From the human T2T-CHM13v2.0 reference genome, Homo sapiens: a stretch of DNA of 64,000 bases. The stretch's first letter is position 1. Each line of letters opens with the position of its first letter. The stretch lies in NCBI RefSeq assembly GCF_009914755.1, contig NC_060933.1. One strand, given 5' to 3'. Below, one piece after another: positions 37,432 to 52,100 of this stretch. The notes under the pieces were generated by a model that did no database searches, had not been told where the DNA came from, and worked only from the letters and a program-made list of their open reading frames with translations. The position numbers and the translations under genes were made by a program.

Positions 37432-40400
37432 TTTCGTTGGACACGGGATATCTTCATATAAAATCTAGACAGAAGCATTCTCAGAAACTTCTTTGTGCTG
37501 TATGTCCTCAATTAACAGAGTTGAACCTTTGTGTGGATACAGCATTTTGGAAACATTCCTTTAGTAGAATCTGCAAGTTGATATTTAGATAGCTAGGAAG
37601 ATTTCCTTGGAAACGGGAATATCTTCATATAAAATCTAGACGGAAGCATTCTCAGAAACTGCTTTGTGATGTTTGCATTCAAGTCACAGAGTTGAATATT
37701 CCCTTTTATAGAGCAGGTTTGAAACACTCTTTCTGCACTACCTGGAAGTGGACATTTGGAGCTCTTTGAGGCCTATGTTGAAAAAGGAAATATCTTCCCA
37801 TAAAAACTAGACAGAAGCATTCTCAGAAACTTGTTTGTGATGTGTGTATTCAACTAACAGAGATGAACCTTTCTTTTTACAGAGCAGTTTTGAAACACTC
37901 TTTTTGTGGAATCTGAAAGTGGATATTTGGATAGATTTGAGGATTTCGTTGGAAACGGGATTACATATAAAACCTAGAGAGAAGTATTCTCAGGAACTTC
38001 TTTTTGATGTTTGCCTTCAAGTCACAGGACTGAACATTCCCTTTCATAGAGCAGGTTTGAAACATTCTTTCTGTAGTATCTGCAAGCTGACGTTTCAAGC
38101 GCTTTCAGGCCTATGGTGAGAAAGGAAATATCTTCAAGTAAAAACTAGACAGAAGCATTCTCAGAAACTTATTTGCCATGTGTGTTCTCAACTAACAGAG
38201 TTGAACCTTTGTTTTGATACGGCATTTTGGAAACACTCTTTTTGTAGAATCTGCAGGTGGATATTCGGATAGCTTTGAAGGTTTCGTTGGAAACGGGAAT
38301 ATCTTCATATAAAATCTAGACGGAAGCATTCTCAGAAACTGCTTTGTGATGTTTGCATTCAAGTCACAGAGTAGAATGTTCCCTGTTATATACCAGGTTT
38401 GAGACACTCTTTCTGCACTACCTGGAAGTGGACGTTTGGAGCGCTTTGAGGCCTATGTTGAAAAAGGAAATATCTTCGCATAAAAACTAGACAGAAGCAT
38501 TCTCAGAAACTTGTTTGTGATGTGTGTATTCAACTAACAGAGATGAACCTTTCTTTTTACAGAGCAGTTTTTAAACACTCTTTTTGTGGAATCTGAAAGT
38601 GGATATTTGGATTGCTTTGAGGATTTCGTTGGAAACGGGATTACATATAAAACCTAGAGAGAAGCATTCTCAGGAACTTCTTTGTGATGTTTGCATTCAA
38701 GTCACAGAACTGAACATTCCCTTTCATAGAGCAGGTTTGAAACACTCTTTCTGTAGTATCTGCAAACGGACATTTCAAGCGCTTTCAGGCCTATGGTGAG
38801 AAAGGAAATATCTTCAAGTAAAAACTAGACAGAAGCATTCTCAGAAACTTATTTGCAATGTGTGTTCTCAACTAACAGAGTTGAACCTTTGTTTTGATAT
38901 GGCATTTTGGAAACACTCTTTTTGTAGAATCTGCAGGTGGATATTCTGATAGCTTTGAAGGTTTCGTTGGAAACGGGAATATCTTCATATAAAATCTAGA
39001 CGGAAGCATTCTCAGAAACTGCTTTGTGATGTTTTCATTCAAGTCACAGAGTAGAATGTTCCCTGTTATATACCAGGTTTGAGACACTCTTTCTGCACTA
39101 CCTGGAAGTGGACATTTGCAGCGCTTTGAGGCCTATGATGAAAAAGGAAATATCTTCCCATAAAAACTAGACAGAAGCATTCTCAGAAACTTGTTTGTGA
39201 TGTGTGTATTCAACTAACAGAGATGAACCTTTCTTTTTACAGAGCAGTTTTGAAACACTCTTTTTGTGGAATCTGAAAGTGGATATTTGGATAGCTTTGA
39301 GGATTTCGTTGGAAACGGGATTACATATAAAATCTAGAGAGAAGCATTCTCAGGAACTTCTTTGTGATGTTTGCATTCACGTCACAGAACTGAACATTCC
39401 CTTTCATAGAGCATGTTTGAAACACTCTTTCTGTAGTATCTGCAAACGGACATTTCAAACGCTTTCAGGCCTATGGTGAGAAAGGAAATATCTTCAAATA
39501 AAAACTAGACAGAAGCATTCTCAGAAACTTATTTGCGATGTGTGTCCTCAACTAACAGAGTTGAACCTTTCTATTGATACAACATTTTGGAAACACTCTT
39601 TTTGTAGAATCTGCAAGTGGATATTTGAATAGCTTTGAAGGTTTCGTTGGAAACGGGAATATCTTCATATAAAATCAAGACAGAAGCATTCTCAGAAACT
39701 TCTCTGTGATGTTTGCATTCAACTCATAGAGTTGAACACTTCCCTTCATACAGCAGGTTTGAAACACTCTTTTTGTAATATTTGGAAGTGGACATTTGCA
39801 GCGCTTTGAGGCCTATGATGAAAAAGGAAATATCTTCCCATAAAAACTAGACAGAAGCATTCTCAGAAACTTGTTTGTGATGTGTGTATTCAACTAACAG
39901 AGATGAACCTTTCTTTTTACAGAGCAGTTTTGAAACACTCTTTTTGTGGAATCTGAAAGTGGATATTTGGATAGATTTGAGGATTTCGTTGGAAACGGGA
40001 TTACATATAAAACCTAGAGAGAAGTATTCTCAGGAACTTCTTTTTGATGTTTGCCTTCAAGTCACAGGACTGAACATTCCCTTTCATAGAGCAGGATTGA
40101 AACACTCTTTCTGTAGTATCTGCAAGCGGACGTTTTAAGCGCTTTCAGGCCTGTGGTGAGAAAGGAAATATCTTCAAATAAAAACTAGACAGAAGCATTC
40201 TCAGAAACTTATTTGCGATGTGTGTCCTCAACTAACAGAGTTGAACCTTTCTTTTGATACAACATTTTGGAAACACTCTTTTTGTAGAATCTGCAAGTGG
40301 ATATTTGGATAGCTTTGAAGGTTTCGTTGGAAACGGGAATATCTTCATATGAAATCAAGACAGAAGCATTCTCAGAAACTTCTCTGTGATGTTTGCATTC

Positions 40401-40663
40401 AACTCATAGAGTTGAACACTTCCCTTCATACAGCAGGTTTGAAACACTCTTTTTCTAATATTTGGAAGTGGACATTTGCAGCGCTTTGAGGCCTATGTTG
40501 AAAAAGGAAATATCTTCTCCTAAAAACCAGACAGAAGCATTCTCAGAAACTTCCTGGTGATGTGTGTACTCAAGTAACAGAGTTGAACCTTCCTTTTGAC
40601 GGAGCAGTTTTGAAGCACTCTTTTTGTAGAATCTGCAAGTGGATATTTTGATACCTTTGAGGA
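37432..40663 (+). repeat. 19-mer HOR (3232 bp) with hybrid last tetramer
   Basis: Marker spacing; A-type variants switch to C-type near 40070-40096. Confidence 0.85.
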
Positions 40664-43600
40664 TTTCGTTGGACACGGGATATCTTCATATAAAATCTAG
40701 ACAGAAGCATTCTCAGAAACTTCTTTGTGCTGTATGTCCTCAATTAACAGAGTTGAACCTTTGTGTGGATACAGCATTTTGGAAACATTCCTTTAGTAGA
40801 ATCTGCAAGTTGATATTTAGATAGCTAGGAAGATTTCCTTGGAAACGGGAATATCTTCATATAAAATCTAGACGGAAGCATTCTCAGAAAGTGCTTTGTG
40901 ATGTTTGCATTCAAGTCACAGAGTTGAATATTCCCTTTTATAGAGCAGGTTTGAAACACTCTTTCTGCACTACCTGGAAGTGGACATTTGGAGCTCTTTG
41001 AGGCCTATGTTGAAAAAGGAAATATCTTCCCATAAAAACTAGACAGAAGCATTCTCAGAAACTTGTTTGTGATGTGTGTATTCAACTAACAGAGATGAAC
41101 CTTTCTTTTTACAGAGCAGTTTTGAAACACTCTTTTTGTGGAATCTGAAAGTGGATATTTGGATAGATTTGAGGATTTCGTTGGAAACGGGATTACATAT
41201 AAAACCTAGAGAGAAGTATTCTCAGGAACTACTTTTTGATGTTTGCCTTCAAGTCACAGGACTGAACATTCCCTTTCATAGAGCAGGTTTGAAACACTCT
41301 TTCTGTAGTATCTGCAAGCTGACGTTTCAAGCGCTTTCAGGCCTATGGTGAGAAAGGAAATATCTTCAAGTAAAAACTAGACAGAAGCATTCTCAGAAAC
41401 TTATTTGCCATGTGTGTTCTCAACTAACAGAGTTGAACCTTTGTTTTGATACGGCATTTTGGAAACACTCTTTTTGTAGGATCTGCAGGTGGATATTCGG
41501 ATAGCTTTGAAGGTTTCGTTGGAAACGGGAATATCTTCATATAAAATCTAGACGGAAGCATTCTCAGAAACTGCTTTGTGATGTTTGCATTCAAGTCACA
41601 GAGTAGAATGTTCCCTGTTATATACCAGGTTTGAGACACTCTTTCTGCACTACCTGGAAGTGGACGTTTGGAGCGCTTTGAGGCCTATGTTGAAAAAGGA
41701 AATATCTTCGCATAAAAACTAGACAGAAGCATTCTCAGAAACTTGTTTGTGATGTGTGTATTCAACTAACAGAGATGAACCTTTCTTTTTACAGAGCAGT
41801 TTTGAAACACTCTTTTTGTGGAATCTGAAAGTGGATATTTGGATTGCTTTGAGGATTTCGTTGGAAACGGGATTACATATAAAACCTAGAGAGAAGCATT
41901 CTCAGGAACTTCTTTGTGATGTTTGCATTCAAGTCACAGAACTGAACATTCCCTTTCATAGAGCAGGTTTGAAACACTCTTTCTGTAGTATCTGCAAACG
42001 GACATTTCAAGCGCTTTCAAGCCTATGGTGAGAAAGGAAATATCTTCAAGTAAAAACTAGACAGAAGCATTCTCAGAAACTTATTTGCAATGTGTGTTCT
42101 CAACTAACAGAGTTGAACCTTTGTTTTGATATGGCATTTTGGAAACACTCTTTTTGTAGAATCTGCAGGTGGATATTCGGATAGCTTTGAAGGTTTCGTT
42201 TGAAACGGGAATATCTTCATATAAAATCTAGACGGAAGCATTCTCAGAAACTGCTTTGTGATGTTTTCATTCAAGTCACAGAGTAGAATGTTCCCTGTTA
42301 TATACCAGGTTTGAGACACTCTTTCTGCACTACCTGGAAGTGGACATTTGCAGCGCTTTGAGGCCTATGATGAAAAAGGAAATATCTTCCCATAAAAACT
42401 AGACAGAAGCATTCTCAGAAACTTGTTTGTGATTTGTGTATTCAACTAACAGAGATGAACCTTTCTTTTTACAGAGCAGTTTTGAAACACTCTTTTTGTG
42501 GAATCTGAAAGTGGATATTTGGATAGCTTTGAGGATTTCGTTGGAAACGGGATTACATATAAAATCTAGAGAGAAGCATTCTCAGGAACTTCTTTGTGAT
42601 GTTTGCATTCACGTCACAGAACTGAACATTCCCTTTCATAGAGCATGTTTGAAACACTCTTTCTGTAGTATCTGCAAACGGACATTTCAAACGCTTTCAG
42701 GCCTATGGTGAGAAAGGAAATATCTTCAAATAAAAACTAGACAGAAGCATTCTCAGAAACTTATTTGCGATGTGTGTCCTCAACTAACAGAGTTGAACCT
42801 TTCTTTTGATACAACATTTTGGAAACACTCTTTTTGTAGAATCTGCAAGTGGATATTTGAACAGCTTTGAAGGTTTCGTTGGAAACGGGAATATCTTCAT
42901 ATAAAATCAAGACAGAAGCATTCTCAGAAACTTCTCTGTGATGTTTGCATTCAACTCATAGAGTTGAACACTTCCCTTCATACAGCAGGTTTGAAACACT
43001 CTTTTTGTAATATTTGGAAGTGGACATTTGCAGCGCTTTGAGGCCTATGATGAAAAAGGAAATATCTTCCCATAAAAACTAGACAGAAGCATTCTCAGAA
43101 ACTTGTTTGTGATGTGTGTATTCAACTAACAGAGATGAACCTTTCTTTTTACAGAGCAGTTTTGAAACACTCTTTTTGTGGAATCTGAAAGTGGATATTT
43201 GGATAGATTTGAGGATTTCGTTGGAAACGGGATTACATATAAAACCTAGAGAGAAGTATTCTCAGGAACTTCTTTTTGATGTTTGCCTTCAAGTCACAGG
43301 ACTGAACATTCCCTTTCATAGAGCAGGTTTGAAACACTCTTTCTGTAGTATCTGCAAGCTGACGTTTCAAGCGCTTTCAGGCCTATGGTGAGAAAGGAAA
43401 TATCTTCAAGTAAAAACTAGACAGAAGCATTCTCAGAAACTTATTTGCCATGTGTGTTCTCAACTAACAGAGTTGAACCTTTGTTTTGATACGGCATTTT
43501 GGAAACACTCTTTTTGTAGAATCTGCAGGTGGATATTCGGATAGCTTTGAAGGTTTCGTTGGAAACGGGAATATCTTCATATAAAATCTAGGCGGAAGCA

Positions 43601-45935
43601 TTCTCAGAAACTGCTTTGTGATGTTTGCATTCAAGTCACATAGAAGAATGTTCCCTGTTATATACCAGGTTTGAGACACTCTTTCTGCACTACCTGGAAG
43701 TGGACGTTTGGAGCGCTTTGAGGCCTATGTTGAAAAAGGAAATATCTTCGCATAAAAACTAGACAGAAGCATTCTCAGAAACTTGTTTGTGATGTGTGTA
43801 TTCAACTAACAGAGATGAACCTTTCTTTTTACAGAGCAGTTTTGAAACACTCTTTTTGTGGAATCTGAAAGTGGATATTTGGATTGCTTTGAGGATTTCG
43901 TTGGAAACGGGATTACATATAAAACCTAGAGAGAAGCATTCTCAGGAACTTCTTTGTGATGTTTGCATTCAAGTCACAGAACTGAACATTCCCTTTCATA
44001 GAGCAGGTTTGAAACACTCTTTCTGTAGTATCTGCAAACGGACATTTCAAGCGCTTTCAGGCCTATGGTGAGAAAGGAAATATCTTCAAGTAAAAACTAG
44101 ACAGAAGCATTCTCAGAAACTTATTTGCGATGTGTGTTCTCAACTAACAGAGTTGAACCTTTGTTTTGATATGGCATTTTGGAAACACTCTTTTTGTAGA
44201 ATCTGCAGGTGGATATTCGGATAGCTTTGAAGGTTTCGTTGGAAACGGGAATATCTTCATATAAAATCTAGACGGAAGCATTCTCAGAAACTGCTTTGTG
44301 ATGTTTTCATTCAAGTCACAGAGTAGAATGTTCCCTGTTATATACCAGGTTTGAGACACTCTTTCTGCACTACCTGGAAGTGGACATTTGCAGCGCTTTG
44401 AGGCCTATGATGAAAAAGGAAATATCTTCCCATAAAAACTAGACAGAAGCATTCTCAGAAACTTGTTTGTGATGTGTGTATTCAACTAACAGAGATGAAC
44501 CTTTCTTTTTACAGAGCAGTTTTGAAACACTCTTTTTGTGGAATCTGAAAGTGGATATTTGGATAGCTTTGAGGATTTCGTTGGAAACGGGATTACATAT
44601 AAAATCTAGAGAGAAGCATTCTCAGGAACTTCTTTGTGATGTTTGCATTCACGTCACAGAACTGAACATTCCCTTTCATAGAGCATGTTTGAAACACTCT
44701 TTCTGTAGTATCTGCAAACGGACATTTCAAACGCTTTCAGGCCTATGGTGAGAAAGGAAATATCTTCAAATAAAAACTAGACAGAAGCATTCTCAGAAAC
44801 TTATTTGCGATGTGTGTCCTCAACTAACAGAGTTGAACCTTTCTTTTGATACAACATTTTGGAAACACTCTTTTTGTAGAATCTGCAAGTGGAGATTTGA
44901 ATAGCTTTGAAGGTTTCGTTGGAAACGGGAATATCTTCATATAAAATCAAGACAGAAGCTTTCTCAGAAACTTCTCTGTGATGTTTGCATTCAACTCATA
45001 GAGTTGAACACTTCCCTTCATACAGCAGGTTTGAAACACTCTTTTTGTAATATTTGGAAGTGGACATTTGCAGCGCTTTGAGGCCTATGATGAAAAAGGT
45101 AATATCTTCCCATAAAAACTAGACAGAAGCATTCTCAGAAACTTGTTTGTGATGTGTGTATTCAACTAACAGAGATGAACCTTTCTTTTTACAGAGCAGT
45201 TTTGAAACACTCTTTTTGTGGAATCTGAAAGTGGATATTTGGATAGCTTTGCGGATTTCGTTGGAAACGGGATTACATATAAAATCTAGGGAGAAGCATT
45301 CTCAGGAACTTCTTTGTGATGTTTGCATTCAAGTCACAGAACTGAACATTCCCTTTCATAGAGCAGGATTGAAACACTCTTTCTGTAGTATCTGCAAGCG
45401 GACGTTTTAAGCGCTTTCAGGCCTGTGGTGAGAAAGGAAATATCTTCAAATAAAAACTAGACAGAAGCATTCTCAGAAACTTATTTGCGATGTGTGTCCT
45501 CAACTAACAGAGTTGAACCTTTCTTTTGATACAACATTTTGGAAACACTCTTTTTGTAGAATCTGCAAGTGGATATTTGGATAGCTTTGAAGGTTTCGTT
45601 GGAAACGGGAATATCTTCATATGAAATCAAGACAGAAGCATTCTCAGAAACTTCTCTGTGATGTTTGCATTCAACTCATAGAGTTGAACACTTCCCTTCA
45701 TACAGCAGGTTTGAAACACTCTTTTTCTAATATTTGGAAGTGGACATTTGCAGCGCTTTGAGGCCTATGTTGAAAAAGGAAATATCTTCTCCTAAAAACC
45801 AGACAGAAGCATTCTCAGAAACTTCCTTGTGATGTGTGTACTCAAGTAACAGAGTTGAACCTTCCTTTTGACAGAGCAGTTTTGAAGCACTCTTTTTGTA
45901 GAATCTGCAAGTGGATATTTTGATACCTTTGAGGA
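40664..45935 (+). repeat. 31-mer HOR (5272 bp)
   Basis: Marker spacing; minus-strand ORFs at 40455 and 45727. Confidence 0.85.
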
Positions 45936-48900
45936 TTTCGTTGGACACGGGATATCTTCATATAAAATCTAGACAGAAGCATTCTCAGAAACTTCTTTGA
46001 GCTGTATGTCCTCAATTAACAGAGTTGAACCTTTGTGTGGATACAGCATTTTGGAAACATTCATTTAGTAGAATCTGCAAGTTGATATTTAGATAGCTAG
46101 GAAGATTTCCTTGCAAACGGGAATATCTTCATATAAAATCTAGACGGAAGCATTCTCAGAAAGTGCTTTGTGATGTTTGCATTCAAGTCACAGAGTTGAA
46201 TATTCCCTTTTATAGAGCAGGTTTGAAACACTCTTTCTGCACTACCTGGAATTGGACATTTGGAGCTCTTTGAGGCCTATGTTGAAAAAGGAAATATCTT
46301 CCCATAAAAACTAGACAGAAGCATTCTCAGAAACTTCTTTGTGATGTGTGTATTCAACTAACAGAGATGAACCTTTCTTTTTACAGAGCAGTTTTGAAAC
46401 ACTCTTTTTGTGGAATCTGAAAGTGGATATTTGGATAGATTTGAGGATTTCGTTGGAAACGGGATTACATATAAAACCTAGAGGGAAGCATTCTCAGGAA
46501 CTTCTTTTTGATGTTTGCCTTCAAGTCACAGGACTGAACATTCCCTTTCATAGAGCAGGTTTGAAACACTCTTTCTGTAGTATCTGCAAGCTGACGTTTC
46601 AAGCGCTTTCAGGCCTATTGTGAGAAAGGAAATATCTTCAAGTAAAAACTAGACAGAAGCATTCTCAGAAACTTATTTGCCATGTGTGTTCTCAACTAAC
46701 AGAGTTGAACCTTTGTTTTGATACGGCATTTTGGAAACACTCTTTTTGTAGAATCTGCAGGTGGATATTCGGATAGCTTTTTAAGGTTTCGTTGGAAACG
46801 GGAATATCTTCATATAAAATCTAGACGGAAACATTCTCAGAAACTGCTTTGTGATGTTTGCATTCAAGTCATAGAGTAGAATGTTCCCTGTTATATACCA
46901 GGTTTGAGACACTCTTTCTGCACTACCTGGAAGTGGACGTTTGGAGCGCTTTGAGGCCTATGTTGAAAAAGGAAATATCTTCCCATAAAAACTAGACAGA
47001 AGCATTCTCAGAAACTTGTTTGTGATGTGTGTATTCAACTAACAGAGATGAACCTTTCTTTTTACAGAGCAGTTTTGAAACACTCTTTTTGTGGAATGTG
47101 AAAGTGGATATTTGGATAGCTTTGAGGATTTCATTGGAAACGGGATACATATAAAACCTAGAGAGAAGCATTCTCAGGAACTTCCTTGTGATGTTTTCAT
47201 TCAAGTCACAGAACTGAACATTCCCTTTCATAGAGCAGGTTTGAAACACTCTTTCTGTAGTATCTGCAAGCTGACGTTTCAAGCGCTTTCAGGCCTATGG
47301 TGAGAAAGGAAATATCTTCAAGTAAAAACTAGACAGAAGCATTCTCAGAAACTTATTTGCGATGTGTGTTCTCAACTAACAGAGTTGAACCTTTGTTTTG
47401 ATATGGCATTTTGGAAACACTCTTTTTGTAGAATCTGCAGGTGGATATTCGGATAGCTTTGAAGGTTTCGTTGGAAACGGGAATATCTTCATATAAAATC
47501 TAGACGGAAGCATTCTCAGAAACTGCTTTGTGATGTTTGCATTCAAGTCACAGAGTAGAATGTTCCCTGTTATATGCCAGGTTTGAGACACTCTTTCTGC
47601 ACTACCTGGAAGTGGACATTTGCAGCGCTTTGAGGCCTATGATGAAAAAGGAAATATCTTCCCATAAAAACTAGACAGAAGCATTCTCAGAAACTTGTTT
47701 GTGATGTGTGTATTCAACTAACAGAGATGAACCTTTCTTTTTACAGAGCAGTTTTGAAACACTCTTTTTGTGGAATCTGAAAGTGGATATTTGGATAGCT
47801 TTGAGGATTTCGTTGGAAACGGGATTACATATAAAATCTAGAGAGAAGCATTCTCAGGAACTTCTTTGTGATGTTTGCATTCACGTCACAGAACTGAACA
47901 TTCCCTTTCATAGAGCATGTTTGAAACACTCTTTCTGTAGTATCTGCAAACGGACATTTCAAACGCTTTCAGGCCTATGGTGAGAAAGGAAATATCTTCA
48001 AATAAAAACTAGACAGAAGCATTCTCAGAAACTTATTTGCGATGTGTGTCCTCAACTAACAGAGTTGAACCTTTCTTTTGATACAACATTTTGGAAACAC
48101 TCTTTTTGTGGAATCTGCAAGTGGATATTTGGATAGCTTTGAAGGTTTCGTTGGATACGGGAATATCTTCATATAAAATCAAGACAGAAGCATTCTCAGA
48201 AACTTCTCTGTGATGTTTGCATTCAACTCATAGAGTTGAACACTTCCCTTCATACAGCAGGTTTGAAACACTCTTTTTGTAATATTTGGAAGTGGACATT
48301 TGCAGCGCTTTCAGGCCTATGATGAAAAAGGTAATATCTTCCCATAAAAACTAGACAGAAGCATTCTCAGAAACTTGTTTGTGATGTGTGTATTCAACTA
48401 ACAGAGATGAACCTTTCTTTTTACAGAGCAGTTTTGAAACACTCTTTTTGTGGAATCTGAAAGTGGATATTTGGATAGCTTTGCGGATTTCGTTGGAAAC
48501 GGGATTACATATAAAATCTAGGGAGAAGCATTGTCAGGAACTTCTTTGTGATGTTTGCATTCAAGTCACAGAACTGAACATTCCCTTTCATAGATCAGGT
48601 TTGAAACACTCTTTCTGTAGTATCTGCAAGCGGACGTTTTAAGCGCTTTCAGGCCTGTGGTGAGAAAGGAAATATCTTCAAATAAAAACTAGACAGAAGC
48701 ATTCTCAGAAACTTATTTGCGATGTGTGTCCTCAACTAACAGAGTTGAACCTTTCTTTTGATACAACATTTTGGAAACACTCTTTTTGTAGAATCTGCAA
48801 GTGGATATTTGGATAGCTTTGAAGGTTTCGTTGGAAACGGGAATATCTTCATATGAAATCAAGACAGAAGCATTCTCAGAAACTTCTCTGTGATGTTTGC

Positions 48901-49167
48901 ATTCAACTCATAGAGTTGAACACTTCCCTTCATACAGCAGGTTTGAAACACTCTTTTTCTAATATTTGGAAGTGGACATTTGCAGCGCTTTGAGGCCTAT
49001 GTTGAAAAAGGAAATATCTTCTCCTAAAAACCAGACAGAAGCATTCTCAGAAACTTCCTTGTGATGTGTGTACTCAAGTAACAGAGTTGAACCTTCCTTT
49101 TGACGGAGCAGTTTTGAAGCACTCTTTTTGTAGAATCTGCAAGTCGATATTTTGATACCTTTGAGGA
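45936..49167 (+). repeat. 19-mer HOR (3232 bp), A-A'-B-C
   Basis: Marker spacing; ORFs at 45727 and 48959. Confidence 0.85.
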
Positions 49168-52100
49168 TTTCGTTGGACACGGGATATCTTCATATAAAAT
49201 CTAGACAGAAGCATTCTCAGAAACTTCTTTGTGCTGTATGTCCTCAATTAACAGAGTTGAACCTTTGTGTGGATACAGCATTTTGGAAATATTCCTTTAG
49301 TAGAATCTGCAAGTTGATATTTAGATAGCTAGGAAGATTTCCTTGGAAACGGGAATATCTTCATATAAAATCTAGACGGAAGCATTCTCAGAAAGTGCTT
49401 TGTGATGTTTGCATTCAAGTCACAGAGTTGAATATTCCCTTTTATAGAGCAGGTTTGAAACACTCTTTCTGCACTACCTGGAAGTGGACATTTGGAGCTC
49501 TTTGAGGCCTATGTCGAAAAAGGAAATATCTTCCCATAAAAACTAGACAGAAGCATTCTCAGAAACTTGTTTGTGATGTGTGTATTCAACTAACAGAGAT
49601 GAACCTTTCTTTTTACAGAGCAGTTTTGAAACACTCTTTTTGTGGAATCTGAAAGTGGATATTTGGATAGATTTGAGGATTTCGTTGGAAACGGGATTAC
49701 ATATAAAACCTAGAGGGAAGCATTCTCAGGAACTTCTTTTTGATGTTTGCCTTCAAGTCACAGGACTGAACATTCCCTTTCATAGAGCAGGTTTGAAACA
49801 CTCTTTCTGTAGTATCTGCAAGCTGACGTTTCAAGCGCTTTCAGGCCTATGGTGAGAAAGGAAATATCTTCAAGTAAAAACTAGACAGAAGCATTCTCAG
49901 AAACTTATTTGCCATGTGTGTTCTCAACTAACAGAGTTGAACCTTTGTTTTGATACGGCATTTTGGAAACACTCTTTTTGTAGAATCTGCAGGTGGATAT
50001 TCGGATAGCTTTTTAAGGTTTGGTTGGAAACGGGAATATCTTCATATAAAATCTAGACGGAAGCATTCTCAGAAACTGCTTTGTGATGTTTTCATTCAAG
50101 TCACAGAGTAGAATGTTCCCTGTTATATACCAGGTTTGAGACACTCTTTCTGCACTACCTGGAAGTGGACATTTGCAGCGCTTTGAGGCCTATGATGAAA
50201 AAGGAAATATCTTCCCATAAAAACTAGACAGAAGCATTCTCAGAAACTTGTTTGTGATGTGTGTATTCAACTAACAGAGATGAACCTTTCTTTTTACAGA
50301 GCAGTTTTGAAACACTCTTTTTGTGGAATCTGAAAGTGGATATTTGGATAGCTTTGAGGATTTCGTTGGAAACGGGATTACATATAAAATCTAGAGAGAA
50401 GCATTCTCAGGAACTTCTTTGTGATGTTTGCATTCACGTCACAGAACTGAACATTCCCTTTCATAGAGCATGTTTGAAACACTCTTTCTGTAGTATCTGC
50501 AAACGGACATTTCAAACGCTTTCAGGCCTATGGTGAGAAAGGAAATATCTTCAAATAAAAACTAGACAGAAGCATTCTCAGAAACTTATTTGCGATGTGT
50601 GTCCTCAACTAACAGAGTTGAACCTTTCTTTTGATACAACATTTTGGAAACACTCTTTTTGTAGAATGTGCAAGTGGATATTTGAATAGCTTTGAAGGTT
50701 TCGTTGGAAACGGGAATATCTTCATATAAAATCAAGACAGAAGCATTCTCAGAAACTTCTCTGTGATGTTTGCATTCAACTCATAGAGTTGAACACTTCC
50801 CTTCATACAGCAGGTTTGAAACACTCTTTTTGTAATATTTGGAAGTGGACATTTGCAGCGCTTTGAGGCCTATGATGAAAAAGGTAATATCTTCCCATAA
50901 AAACTAGACAGAAGCATTCTCAGAAACTTGTTTGTGATGTGTGTATTCAACTAACAGAGATGAACCTTTCTTTTCACAGAGCAGTTTTGAAACACTCTTT
51001 TTGTGGAATCTGAAAGTGGATATTTGGATAACTTTGCGGATTTCGTTGGAAACGGGATTACATATAAAATCTAGGGAGAAGCATTCTCAGGAACTTCTTT
51101 GTGATGTTTGCATTTAAGTCACAGAACTGAACATTCCCTTTCATAGAGCAGGTTTGAAACACTCTTTCTGTAGTATCTGCAAACGGACATTTCAAGCGCT
51201 TTCAGGCCTATGGTGAGAAAGGAAATATCTTCAAGTAAAAACTAGACAGAAGCATTCTCAGAAACTTATTTGCGATGTGTGTTCTCAACTAACAGAGTTG
51301 AACCTTTGTTTTGATATGGCATTTTGGAAACACTCTTTTTGTAGAATCTGCAGGTGGATATTCGGATAGCTTTGAAGGTTTCGTTGGAAACGGGAATATC
51401 TTCATATAAAATCTAGACGGAAGCATTCTCAGAAACTGCTTTGTGATGTTTTCATTCAAGTCACAGAGTAGAATGTTCCCTGTTATATACCAGGTTTGAG
51501 ACACTCTTTCTGCACTACCTGGAAGTGGACATTTGCAGCGCTTTGAGGCCTATGATGAAAAAGGAAATATCTTCCCATAAAAACTAGACAGAAGCATTCT
51601 CAGAAACTTGTTTGTGATGTGTGTATTCAACTAACAGAGATGAACCTTTCTTTTTACAGAGCAGTTTTGAAACACTCTTTTTGTGGAATCTGAAAGTGGA
51701 TATTTGGATAGCTTTGAGGATTTCGTTGGAAACGGGATTACATATAAAATCTAGAGAGAAGCATTCTCAGGAACTTCTTTGTGATGTTTGCATTCACGTC
51801 ACAGAACTGAACATTCCCTTTCATAGAGCATGTTTGAAACACTCTTTCTGTAGTATCTGCAAACGGACATTTCAAACGCTTTCAGGCCTATGGTGAGAAA
51901 GGAAATATCTTCAAATAAAAACTAGACAGAAGCATTCTCAGAAACTTATTTGCGATGTGTGTCCTCAACTAACAGAGTTGAACCTTTCTTTTGATACAAC
52001 ATTTTGGAAACACTCTTTTTGTAGAATGTGCAAGTGGATATTTGAATAGCTTTGAAGGTTTCGTTGGAAACGGGAATATCTTCATATAAAATCAAGACAG

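Noticed and set aside
15488-48165. CENP-B box variants TTTCGTTTGAAACGGGA and TTTCGTTGGATACGGGA as loss-of-function
   Set aside because: The changes fall at non-essential positions and the TTCG/A/CGGG core is intact.
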